DNA from: Lachnospiraceae bacterium
Lineage (GTDB): Bacteria > Bacillota > Clostridia > Lachnospirales > Lachnospiraceae
Reading direction: 5' to 3'
Length of the DNA: 64,000 bases
Assembly: GCA_017460885.1 (NCBI GenBank)
Contig: JAFUAB010000018.1
Span: forward strand, 17,726 to 81,725
The translations under genes and the position numbers were made by a program. The notes under the pieces were generated by a model that worked only from the letters and a program-made list of their open reading frames with translations, did no database searches and was not told the DNA's origin. Shown here piece after piece: positions 48,196 through 59,000 of this stretch (positions within the stretch are counted from its first letter, which is position 1; every line of letters starts with the position of its first letter).

Positions 48196-51100
48196 ATGAG
48201 AAAGACAGATAATTCTCACAACCGCATATTTACACGCCTTGTGGCAATGCTCATGGCATTGATCATCAGCCTGCCTGCTTCATTGGCATCCTGTCCGATC
48301 ACCGCGCAGGCCGCAGGCGGAGTTATCAAGCTCTCCGCAGCCAAGTCGGTCTCCGTTGCCCGCAGCTCCAGGATCGAAGCTATCGAGCTTCAGATATCCA
48401 GCAAGCGTGCCGCCAGGGATTCTGCCGTCAGATCACTCAGGGAGAAGGAACATAACATGTCCACCTTCCGCTGGTCGCCGCTGTTAAACTTCAAGTTTCC
48501 TACCAAGCCCAGCGAGGCGGAGTCCTTTGAATTCCAATACAAGCCCACACAGCTTGAGTACCAGATCAAGGATCTGCAGCACAAGATAACGGATGAGAAG
48601 CTGAGTGAATATGAAAAGGTTTCCAACATCTACATCCAGATAATACAGGCACAGCAGGAGCTTGATTTTATCAACAGGCGTATCGATACGGTTACCACGG
48701 CTTATCAGAAGGCCATAGCCAGGAACCAGATCGGAGAGGTTTCCGACGAGGTGGTTCAGAAGCTGGCGGATCGCAAGAAGTCCCTGGAGAGCAACAAGAC
48801 CACCCAGGAGAGCAAATTCCAGCGCAGCAAGGAGAAGCTGGGCAAGGAAATGGGCGGTCTGGATCTGACCACGGGTTATAAATTCGAAAACGCCTTTGCC
48901 ACGGCCAACATGAGCCGTTCCAATATAGAATTCCTGCAGGAATATGCTCTGGAACGTGATCATACGGTATATGAAGCGCAGCAGAACGCGGATCTGGCGC
49001 TCCTGTCACTGCAGACCAACTACAGTCTGTACAGGGGACATTACGGAAGATTCATCGGCACCATAGATACCTATATACAGCAGGCTATCGACGGATCCGA
49101 TGTTAACCAGAAGGCCTTTACCAAGGATTATGACAAATTCCTGGAACAGATCGATTCTCCCTGGAATGGAAATTACAAGATTCTTTTTATCAAATTCCCC
49201 AAGGAGTGGCTGAAGGGCGACAACGACGGCATGAACTGGATAGAGGATGACCCCAAGGTTCTCTTTACCGATACGCTGAACTATGTCAGTGCCCGTAAGG
49301 AACTGGAAAATACCAAGGATGAACTGCGTTCCTCCATCGAGGAAGGATACGATACATATGCGGAATTGCGCAGGGCATATCTGGATTCGACCGTTACCAG
49401 GGAGGAGCTTCAGAATAAGCTCGTTGCCGATGAGATCCGCAACCTGATGGGAGAGCTGGAAAATGATGAATTCGAGGCAGAGCAGCAGGAGTATGAGGAG
49501 GCGCTTACCGGTGAGAATGATGCGCTTGCGCAGTATTCCCAGAATCTGTATTCCTATGACAAGACTACCTGCGGCGGAGCCTCCAAGTTTATGGAGACGG
49601 CAGATACCAGTGATACTCTGGACAAGCAGCTTGACGCGCTCCAGGGCATAACCAAGGTGGGAGCACATTATTCGATCCGATCCATAATCTCCGATTCGGA
49701 GTTTGTGGTTACGATAGATGTGCCTGAGTATAATGATCAGGAATATCTGGATGAGGCAGAGACAGAGAAGAATCCGGATTATTTCCCATGGAATATCACG
49801 GACTTTGAGCTGCGCATCAACCAGCGTACGGTCGGAACCAAAACCTCCAAAAACGGTTCTGTCCGGCATCTGAAACTGGATAAGGACAATGCCGACGAGG
49901 TAGTGATCAGGCTTTGGGACGGCAATGAATTCATAGATGATGTAGTGATAGATCCTACCGTTCCCTGGGGGCCTCTGGACATAACCGTCAGATATGAGAC
50001 TCCTGAGGGTGCTGCGGGAGCGATCGGAACCTATGAGGTGACAGATGATACGACCACGGATATGATCCGTCTGGATTTTAAATTTGATCAGGAAGTTATC
50101 AAAAAGGAATTCGGACAGGGTAAGGATGCGGCTTTCTATAATCTGTCGGCAGACCGTACCCTGTATCTGTTCTCCGATCATCTGATCGCCATAGATCAGC
50201 CGTTTAATTATCTGTCCTTTATCCGAGGAGATCTGGGACAGCTGTCGATGCGTCTTTTTGATGACGAGGGTAATTTCCTTGGTGGTGCCAGATTTGATTC
50301 GGTCAACCAGAAGCTTATCGCTGATGCTGATATCAGCAGGGCGGATATGCAGGATGCGGCGCTTCGCGAGCTTGCCGTTCAGAATAAGGTCAGTGAACTG
50401 AATGATGAACTGATCAGAGCCCGGCAGTCTCTTCAGAGCGCGCAGGAGAGCGGAGACCGGGAGAATGAGGAATATTACAAAAAGCGTATCGAGGAGCTTA
50501 AGGATCAGATCGATCACGCCGGAGAGAGCATAACCGATGAGGATCTGGAGAAGGTCAGAACCGAACAGGCAGAGGCTTTGGAGCAGCTTACCGAATCCAT
50601 GACGGAGGAGCTTGGCAAATCCGAAGAGCAGAAGGCGAAGGATGCCGAGAACGAACTTAAGAAGCAGCAGATCCTGCGGGATGCCGCGGACGAGATGATC
50701 GGCAGGATGAAATATGAAGAGGCTATGGCCGATCTCAAGGAGCAGAAGGAGGCCTGGGCTTATAAGGAAACCGAATTACAGCTGGAATTCAATCGTCTGT
50801 CCGCTACCGTAGGGGCGAGCTCGGATGAAGCCAAAGAGGTGCTTGCCCAGCTGCAGGCCGCCAAGCGCAAGAAACGTGCCCTTCAGGATGAGATCGAGTC
50901 ACATTCAGCTTTCAACCGGGATGAGTTTCCTGTGAGTGAAGAGGAGATACAGGCTCTTCTTAATAATTATCCTGAAGAAGTGTACGGATATGCCGGAGAT
51001 CTTCTCGATCAGCTGGGAGATTTCACGGGACCGGCCTATGAGTCAGCCAAGGCAGAGGCAGAGCTCTATGGATTGGAGACCAGTGCCGCCAACATCAAGT

Positions 51101-51927
51101 TCATGATGGGATATACCGAGGAACTCAAACAGTGCAAGGCTATCGAGGCTCAGATTGAACAGATGCAGAAGGATAAGGATAATCTGGAGAAGCAGATGGA
51201 GGCCATTAAGGCCATGCCCGATGACGATCCGAGAAAGACCGGTCAGATGGCCACTCTTGTACAGCTCGAAAAGGTCAATGCTGCCTATGAGAAGCAGCTG
51301 GGCATCTTGGAAAAGAGAGCAGATCAGCTGAATCCCGCCAAAGCACTCAGGCGCAAACAGATCTCTGCGGTGATCAATCAGGAAAACAAGAGTCTCAAGG
51401 AAATGGAGGCTGTACGTGATTCCGCGAAACAGAAATATGATGGTGCCGTACAGGCAGTTGCCGACAATGAGCAGAAGCTGTACACCGCTTCACAGAATCT
51501 GGTTAAATATGCAGCGGAGCTGAAGGCTGCCCGGAGTTCCGCCAAATCGTATGAACAATTAGAAAATAACGCTAACAACAGGATTAACAGGCTTCGTAGT
51601 GAACTGGCAGATATGAACTGGTTCGAGAAGATCGGAAATGCCGCCCGAAGGCTCTGGGGAGATTCCCATGAGGATCGTATAGCCGCCACTCAAAGAGCCG
51701 CTTCTGATGCGAAGGCCAAAAAAGACGAGGCCAATGCAAAAGCTGATGATCTGCAGAATAACCTGATCCCGGCTGCCGAGAAGGACAAGGAAGATGCCAT
51801 AAACGCCAGAGCCGGACTTGAGAAAGCAAGGGATGATGCAGAGGTTCCGTATAAAGCGGCACAGGATGATGTGGACGACCAGCAGGGCAGAGTTGATAAG
51901 TTGGTAGATTTGTTGAAATCAGTATAG
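48196..51927 (+). CDS. Exported protein: TolC-like alpha-helical N-terminal domain, beta-rich middle, long coiled-coil C-terminus
   Basis: Signal peptide ending AQA; two TolC-like helical halves (YIQIIQAQQELD..., GYDTYAELRRAY...NLMGEL); heptad-rich C-terminal half. Confidence 0.55.
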   Translation: MRKTDNSHNRIFTRLVAMLMALIISLPASLASCPITAQAAGGVIKLSAAKSVSVARSSRIEAIELQISSKRAARDSAVRSLREKEHNMSTFRWSPLLNFKFPTKPSEAESFEFQYKPTQLEYQIKDLQHKITDEKLSEYEKVSNIYIQIIQAQQELDFINRRIDTVTTAYQKAIARNQIGEVSDEVVQKLADRKKSLESNKTTQESKFQRSKEKLGKEMGGLDLTTGYKFENAFATANMSRSNIEFLQEYALERDHTVYEAQQNADLALLSLQTNYSLYRGHYGRFIGTIDTYIQQAIDGSDVNQKAFTKDYDKFLEQIDSPWNGNYKILFIKFPKEWLKGDNDGMNWIEDDPKVLFTDTLNYVSARKELENTKDELRSSIEEGYDTYAELRRAYLDSTVTREELQNKLVADEIRNLMGELENDEFEAEQQEYEEALTGENDALAQYSQNLYSYDKTTCGGASKFMETADTSDTLDKQLDALQGITKVGAHYSIRSIISDSEFVVTIDVPEYNDQEYLDEAETEKNPDYFPWNITDFELRINQRTVGTKTSKNGSVRHLKLDKDNADEVVIRLWDGNEFIDDVVIDPTVPWGPLDITVRYETPEGAAGAIGTYEVTDDTTTDMIRLDFKFDQEVIKKEFGQGKDAAFYNLSADRTLYLFSDHLIAIDQPFNYLSFIRGDLGQLSMRLFDDEGNFLGGARFDSVNQKLIADADISRADMQDAALRELAVQNKVSELNDELIRARQSLQSAQESGDRENEEYYKKRIEELKDQIDHAGESITDEDLEKVRTEQAEALEQLTESMTEELGKSEEQKAKDAENELKKQQILRDAADEMIGRMKYEEAMADLKEQKEAWAYKETELQLEFNRLSATVGASSDEAKEVLAQLQAAKRKKRALQDEIESHSAFNRDEFPVSEEEIQALLNNYPEEVYGYAGDLLDQLGDFTGPAYESAKAEAELYGLETSAANIKFMMGYTEELKQCKAIEAQIEQMQKDKDNLEKQMEAIKAMPDDDPRKTGQMATLVQLEKVNAAYEKQLGILEKRADQLNPAKALRRKQISAVINQENKSLKEMEAVRDSAKQKYDGAVQAVADNEQKLYTASQNLVKYAAELKAARSSAKSYEQLENNANNRINRLRSELADMNWFEKIGNAARRLWGDSHEDRIAATQRAASDAKAKKDEANAKADDLQNNLIPAAEKDKEDAINARAGLEKARDDAEVPYKAAQDDVDDQQGRVDKLVDLLKSV

Positions 51928-51941
51928 TATGAAGAATCAAT

Positions 51942-54900
51942 ATGAAAAAACATATCGATAACAGAAAAACACAAAAATCACATATCCGTATCATAAGCCT
52001 GATCCTTGCGTTTATTCTGGCTGTCGCCGGGATTCCCGCACCGATGCATGTTTATGCAGTGGAGGAACAGACATCTCCCGGATTCGAGTCTACGGTCAGA
52101 ACTCTTTTGATAGATCTGGTAAGAGCCAACATGATTGCCTCGGCTACCGTGGGCACGACCGATGAGCCCGCGGATACAACAGGTGTGTCTGACGACATGA
52201 TCATATCCATTTTTGAAGAGGAACACATCGCCACCACCGCATGGAGTCTTGTTAATCTGCATACTGTTGTTGAGAAGGCTGTTGCAGCACTCAATGATGC
52301 CGGAGTCGAAGCGGTAGTTGACAACAGCAAGATAACCAGCTACTCCGGTATTACGATGCCCCTGGATTACAGTCTCGGCGATATGATGGTCGAATGGGCG
52401 AGACAGAACAGTCCCTACGCTGCGGTCATGGATGACGGAATCATTATGGAGTTTTATGATGCCTGCGTAGCCAACGCCGGCGACGATCCGTACATAAGCG
52501 TCAATGATCTCTATCTCATGATCCAGAACAAGGCGGATGAATACGCATCTCCCAATGTAAAGTTGGACGATAAGGTACCGATCCTTGCCCGTGTAGAGGG
52601 ATATATGACCTACAGGGAATGGGTGACTCAGGGCAATATAGCTCCTGCAGGAACACTCTTTATAGGAACCTGGCTGCTGAATGCGCAGACACTAAACTCC
52701 ACTCTCTATAATAAGGCCATCCGTTCCATGGCCGAGGACGACCAGCAGATCATGTACTACAAATCGGAGCTGGCCGGCGGTCGCTGGCGCAATATTTCAA
52801 GTGCCAGCAGTCTCAATGACATACTTCCCGGCGCGGATGATGTACCGGATACGGATCTGATGGATTACCGCATCGGCGTTGTGGTAGGTACTGACGGGAT
52901 CCCGAGGGATCCCAAAACAGGCAGTTTCGTTGATATATTCACTATCACGGATCCCTATCAGACCGAGCTTCTTCCTGAGCTCAAGGGGGCGCGTCTTCAG
53001 CTGGATGCGGGTAACCTCAAGCCTGTGTCCAAGGGAGGAAGCGGCAGCAATGCCTATACCTACGACCGTCTGAAGCTGTTTTTTATGCACGATACTCCTT
53101 TCGTCCATTCGGATGAAATGGAAAGGGTGATCAGATGGTGGCTGGAAGCGAATGACAAAAACGCGAGACTTGGCAGTCCCGTAAACACCGTGGATGCCAA
53201 CTCGGGAGTGGAAGGCAAGAGCTACGGATACGGCTGGAGGCGATCCTTCCTCGGCTTTGCATGGTGGTCTTCCGATCGTCATTATCTGGGCTTCAAGAAG
53301 CAGTATGTCGGGGATACCGCCCTTTTGGATATGCTGCAGACTTTTGAGGAATACGACCATGACTTTGTTTTTTACACAAATTACAATACAGATATGTATG
53401 GTTATTTCCGGAGCAATAACCTCTTTAATGACTGGTACCGCGGAATAAATCCGATTACGGAGGTGCTTAGTACCAGACTGTACAGCACTCCGCGGGGTCT
53501 GGTCGATTCGATCCTTTACAGCATTATCCCATATGAACTCGGACAGAATGAACGACGTGCGTTCTTTGGCAAATCATATTCCGGAACCATTCAGCTTCAG
53601 GAAGGCAAGGCTCAATGGGCGAATGTCTTTATGGATAACGGAAGCCTGCTCAGCGAGAGCGAGATCAATAACCGCGTGAGACTCTTCAAAGACTTCTGGG
53701 CCGGATCCACCAGTATACGCGATGCCGAAACGGATCTCTATGACCAGCAGCTTAAGGCTCTGGAAGGACTGTTCCTTCCCCTTAAGGAAGCGGGATACGG
53801 TGAAGAGGCGGATCGTGCCATGCTGCTGCAGGAGAAGATAGATGCGTCCCGCCGTTCAAAGGCTTATTACAATCTGGTAATGAATGATGATCACAATTAC
53901 GGCTTCGGACCTCCGCTCAACAATCTGTATTCGCAGATCGCATACGGTACTTCCGACCATGGCCGTTCCTACAGTGCCATGAGTCTGGATTACGGTGAGG
54001 AGGGCGGAGATTTCAACCCTGACAGCTCCATGGTCGATATCATCGGCAATGCCGTACTTGCGGCTACGGAAAGCTATACCAGTTATGACAGTCTGGCACT
54101 TAAATCCGGTGATACGGTGGCACAGACCTTTGAATACAACGTCAGCCAGGATATCATCAATAACGCTGCGCAGGGCTCGGAAGCCATGCTTCCAAGACTC
54201 CAGCAGCTCATAGATCTGGACAACATACTCGGCAGCATGGTTGCCCATAAGGACAGGGAACTTGCCACTCTTGAGGGCCTGCAGACTACCGTTGATATGA
54301 AGGTTCAGGAAAAGGCTCATGAAACTGCGGATGAGGAATATGTCAAGGCGGCCAATGATCCGGACAGCTCACAGGAAACCCTCCATAAGCTTCTCAAACA
54401 GCAAAAGGCAGGATTGTCGGCAGTATTCTCAGAGGTACAGCTTTTTATCAAGGCAAGGGTTATCCGTACATCAAGAGAACCTGCACTTGACTACATAGAT
54501 CAGAGGATCGACTGGGCAGAGTCACAGAAGGCAGCTATATCCGTCGATGCATACGGTCCCTACGAGAATGAAGCGATCAACGAGCATATCGAGTGGCTTA
54601 AGAATCTCAAGAAGAGTGTACTCGGTATGACTGACAATCCGGAGCAGACGCCGGAGATGGATAAGGCCGATCTCAATCTCGAACGTATGGATCTGCTGGA
54701 TAACGGAGATCTGGACGGACTTGATTCGCTCGACAAAAAAATAGATAACGCTGACAAGGATATCGAGGATAAGCGTAACCGCAATCTTGCTATACTTGAC
54801 GGTACCGGCACCGCATCCGATAAGATAGACGCCGAGCTCGGACTCAGCAATATGGATGAGGCGAAGCTTGATATCAAAAAGAAGCTTGGCGAGAAACTTG

Positions 54901-55991
54901 AAGATGACGACTATGACGGTATGGTTCCCCTGCTGGACGCTGCCGGAGACATAGGTCTGCCGGTGGATGACCTTTTGGATGATCTGGAGCGATCCGGAGC
55001 ACCCAAGTATATTCAGAATTACGTTTTTGAGGCCAATGAGAAGGCTAAAACCAGTCCCTTCTATGATGACGGTGAGCGTGATGACGGCGGTGACAACGAC
55101 AATGGAGACACTGAAGGCAACGGCCCTTATGACGGTGACGGCAGTGGAACCGGAGGCGGTCCCGGAACCGGCGGAGACGATAACGACGGAAATCTTGGAG
55201 ATGGAAATGACGGCACCGGGGCAGGAAACGGTCCCGGAGGCGATGGCAGCGGCAGAGGAAGCGGAGATAACGGCGGCGACGGATCCGGGGGTGATGGAAA
55301 CACCGGCGGAGACGGGGGCGCAGGTACAGCTAACGGCCTTAGCGGCGACGGCCTCGCCGGAGGCGGCGGAACCGGCAGAAGCGGTCTCGACGGCGATGAC
55401 TTAAATGACGCTCTGGGTGATGTCTTCGGCGACGGCTTCGACAGCCTCAGCGATTCCGACAAGGCAGCATTTACGGCGGGCTTGAGCAAATTTGCCGAGA
55501 ACCGTGACGATGACGAGCTGCGCAGACGAGCCAAACAGCTGCTGAACCAGCTGCTGGCGGAGGGCAATGGATTTATTTACCGCCAGTATCTGAATGACCC
55601 GGACAACAAATATGTTTCGCTTGCGGCAGTGGACAAATGCCGTGCACTTACCAGAAACCGTTGTGTTACCGTTGGCGACGATGTGACTATGTCTCAGATC
55701 ACCGGCGGATCGGCAAGCTACAAATTCAACATGGGATCAACCACCGTTGCCAAGAACAACGGAACGACAGCGGAGATGGACAAGGCGCTTGTCGCACAGT
55801 CCGATCCTTCGATCAGAGGCAACCGTAAGGCGTTGTATCCTTATATACTTGAAAATGCATCTTCACAGTATCTGAATGATACCTGTGAATATATACCCGA
55901 TACGGAGTGGGCAATACTTATCGCGCCCTCTATGAGCCGCAAGGTTATTGAACTGCTTGAGGTACTCGATGAGATCGCCGATGAGGAATAA
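51942..55991 (+). CDS. Large exported protein (1349 aa), paralog of 56037; Gly/Asp-rich linker and possible copper-amine-oxidase-N-like C-terminal domain
   Basis: Signal peptide ending VYA; GTLFIGTWL, YYKSELAGGRWRNI, VVGTDGIPRDP shared with the next gene. Confidence 0.7.
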   Translation: MKKHIDNRKTQKSHIRIISLILAFILAVAGIPAPMHVYAVEEQTSPGFESTVRTLLIDLVRANMIASATVGTTDEPADTTGVSDDMIISIFEEEHIATTAWSLVNLHTVVEKAVAALNDAGVEAVVDNSKITSYSGITMPLDYSLGDMMVEWARQNSPYAAVMDDGIIMEFYDACVANAGDDPYISVNDLYLMIQNKADEYASPNVKLDDKVPILARVEGYMTYREWVTQGNIAPAGTLFIGTWLLNAQTLNSTLYNKAIRSMAEDDQQIMYYKSELAGGRWRNISSASSLNDILPGADDVPDTDLMDYRIGVVVGTDGIPRDPKTGSFVDIFTITDPYQTELLPELKGARLQLDAGNLKPVSKGGSGSNAYTYDRLKLFFMHDTPFVHSDEMERVIRWWLEANDKNARLGSPVNTVDANSGVEGKSYGYGWRRSFLGFAWWSSDRHYLGFKKQYVGDTALLDMLQTFEEYDHDFVFYTNYNTDMYGYFRSNNLFNDWYRGINPITEVLSTRLYSTPRGLVDSILYSIIPYELGQNERRAFFGKSYSGTIQLQEGKAQWANVFMDNGSLLSESEINNRVRLFKDFWAGSTSIRDAETDLYDQQLKALEGLFLPLKEAGYGEEADRAMLLQEKIDASRRSKAYYNLVMNDDHNYGFGPPLNNLYSQIAYGTSDHGRSYSAMSLDYGEEGGDFNPDSSMVDIIGNAVLAATESYTSYDSLALKSGDTVAQTFEYNVSQDIINNAAQGSEAMLPRLQQLIDLDNILGSMVAHKDRELATLEGLQTTVDMKVQEKAHETADEEYVKAANDPDSSQETLHKLLKQQKAGLSAVFSEVQLFIKARVIRTSREPALDYIDQRIDWAESQKAAISVDAYGPYENEAINEHIEWLKNLKKSVLGMTDNPEQTPEMDKADLNLERMDLLDNGDLDGLDSLDKKIDNADKDIEDKRNRNLAILDGTGTASDKIDAELGLSNMDEAKLDIKKKLGEKLEDDDYDGMVPLLDAAGDIGLPVDDLLDDLERSGAPKYIQNYVFEANEKAKTSPFYDDGERDDGGDNDNGDTEGNGPYDGDGSGTGGGPGTGGDDNDGNLGDGNDGTGAGNGPGGDGSGRGSGDNGGDGSGGDGNTGGDGGAGTANGLSGDGLAGGGGTGRSGLDGDDLNDALGDVFGDGFDSLSDSDKAAFTAGLSKFAENRDDDELRRRAKQLLNQLLAEGNGFIYRQYLNDPDNKYVSLAAVDKCRALTRNRCVTVGDDVTMSQITGGSASYKFNMGSTTVAKNNGTTAEMDKALVAQSDPSIRGNRKALYPYILENASSQYLNDTCEYIPDTEWAILIAPSMSRKVIELLEVLDEIADEE

Positions 55992-56036
55992 TTTACGGTG
56001 AACATGCAGGAACCGTCCCCTATGAGGAATACGATT

Positions 56037-59000
56037 ATGTTTAAAAAATCACATATGACCCGGATAGCAGCTGCGGCCATGTCGGCAGTAATGACTGTGA
56101 CAGGTATTCCTTTAAATGCCTTCGCGGCTGCTGAACCGCAGACAGTGGATTCTTCCGTGCAGGATACCGCAGGCACCGGTTCGGACACCGGGGTTGCTGC
56201 AGGTTCAGGTACTTCGTCGGATTCTGCCGTCCTGACCTCCGAACAGAAGGAGGAGGCATATTCCAAATCTCTCACCCGGAGCAAGTACGGCAAGCTGTAC
56301 TATGATTATGTCGCTGAGGGCAATACCATCCCTGCCACTACACTGTTTATCGGTACATATCTGATGGATGCCCGTGCTATCAATGCTTCCGGTACCGAGC
56401 AGATCGAGACGGCCAGACAGCAGGCTGCCGCAACCGCTGCGGGTCAGGAGACCATAAATAAGAGTATCAGCAACGTTATATATCAAAAAGCTCTCCAAAG
56501 CCAGCTTACATATGATCAGAAGGTACGTTATTACCGTTCCGAACTTGCGGACGGGGAATGGCGAGACATAGGCAGTGCCAGCAAGATCGGGGATATCATG
56601 CGTTCCGCCAGGGTAGTACCCAAGTCCGAACTGGATCCCCTGATCATCACCTGTGTGGTCGGAGCGGACGGCATCCCCAGGGATCCGGACGGTAATCCGA
56701 TCAATATCTTTGATTCTCCTAATCCCTATGAGATGGAGGAGATTACAGAACTCAAGGATCTGCAGGATTATTTCAACAACGGGACGGTCACCAGGGACAG
56801 TACGGGCAGTGATAATTACCGTTACTGGAGACTGTATTATTTCTTCAACCATGACAATATGTACTATGACCGGTATGCCCTGAGCCAGTACTGGATCAAC
56901 GGTGAGTATTCCGAACTTACCTCCGGCAGTGATGGCAGAGCGCTGGAAGAAGCCTGGGATGATGCCGAGGTCAGAAACAATATTCCGGAGGGCGATGATC
57001 ACAGGAACTTCAAGACCATGGTACGCAACTGGCCTAATGTCCGTGACAGTGTGACAGATAATGCTGACAGAGGTCTTGATACCACCTATAAGCTTTTCCT
57101 GAAGCTGCAGCAGAATGAGGATACCAAAGAGGAAGCCAAGAAGGCTCTCGAGATATCCGAAGCTCTCGATGCGGAACGCAGATGGGAGGTATTCTATAAT
57201 CTTACACAGAACCGCAACATAATGCTTGGTTCGCAGGTTAAACAGCTGGATCATGACATGGAGGATTCAAGCGCCCGCCTCGCGGCGATCCAGGCAGAGA
57301 TCGACAGGATAAATGAAGTGGTGATCCCGGATCTGCAGAGTAAGCATGAGGAGCTTGCAAAGGAGCTTGCGGTAAACGAGGAGAGTCTGAGCATAGAGAA
57401 CTCTATGGAGTTCGATGGTACAAGAGAGGTTACGACTGTCAGATATATGATAAACGGCACTGAGGTGGATCCGGATTCTGTCACGGGCCTGTCCAGACAG
57501 TACATACGTCTTGACGGTTACCGACAGGCCAGATACAAGGCGGAGTACGACCTTGAGGAGCTTGAGGCCGCAAATCAGACATCTGCCGCGGCTGTAGCGG
57601 CCTATGGTCATCTGGCTGATATTTATGCCACCATGGTAAATACCATACCGACCCTCAATAAACAGATCGCCTACGGAGAGCAGCAGATAAGCAGACTGAC
57701 CGGTGAGCGGGCCGAACTTGATGCATTGCTTCAGATCTCAAAGGATGCGGAGCGCTTTACCCTCGAAAAATCCCTTTCTGAGAGGATCGCTAATGCGGAA
57801 GCTTCTCTGACGGCATTTCAGGATGCGGTTAAGGAGGCCAATACCCAGCTTGGAGAGGCAAAGGATGCTCTGACAGCATCCGGACTGGCTCTTCAGTCAG
57901 ACCGTGCCACACTGGAAGCCGCTGCCACTGATGCCGAAGAAGCCGCGGTCAGGGATATGCTGTTTGAGAGCATGGACAATATGGACGGGCTGAGTACCAA
58001 CTCGTTCGATGATGCATCTGTGCAGGCATGGAAGGACTGGGGCAGCAATCTGGATGCCGTTCAGGCCTCGGCTCAGTCGCTGTATGAAAAAAAGACCGGT
58101 GCCATCAATGCGAAAAAGGCATTGATAGAGCAGCTGGACAATGCCATTTCCGAGGTTAATGAATCAATTGCCAGCCGCAGAGCATCCCTTGAGGCCGATC
58201 TGAAGGCCAATGAGGATACCGTTGCCGCTGATCAGAGACGCATCTCAACACTTGAGAACCAGATGAGATATATCAATGAAGCCTATGAAGCCATGAGCAG
58301 GGAAAAGGATGCCCTTGACGCTGGCAAATCTGCCGCAGCCAAGGCTGAACAGGCTGCAGCTGAGCTGGCCGTGCTCAAGCTTGAGGAGGCTGTTCTGGAG
58401 GGGGATCAGGAGACTCTTCAGTCAGAACTGTCCGTCCTCGAGAGTGAGGAGCAGGGGCTTGTGGCTGACAAAGATGAGCTTGACACGGAGAGAGAGGATC
58501 TTAAGAATGAACTTGCGGAGCTGAACTCGGCCAAGGCCGCGCTCGACGAGGGACGTGCCGCTATGGAGACCAGACTGCAAGCCATCCCTCAGGAGATCGA
58601 TTCCCTTAATAACGAAAAAGCCGGACGCGCAACCTCTATATATGATGAAGACGTTATACTTAAGAATCTGAATGCGGAGAAGCAGCAGAACGAGGCTTTG
58701 CTCACCAGACTTAAGAATGAACTGATCCGCAATGCCAGGAACGAGGATTTTGAAGTCTGGAAGGAAGAACTTGAGAAAATGCAGCCGTCCGAAATGAAGG
58801 CTCACGTCAATAAGCTTAAAGGAAGAGCTCTTGAGTCATATAGCTCCCTGATCGATCTGATCGAGAAGATCGAAAGCGAAAAATCGGGATTGCAGGGAAA
58901 TACCTGGGAAGATGCAGACAATAGGAAAAGGCTGAACTCTCAGCTTTCGATCTGCGGAAATCGGGCAAGCCGGGCCGCCGAGCTCGGTTCCGGGGTTCTG

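Noticed and set aside
55060-55400. Collagen-like or RTX repeats in the Gly/Asp-rich segment
   Set aside because: No sustained Gly-X-Y periodicity or GGxGxDxLx nonapeptides; treated as a flexible linker.
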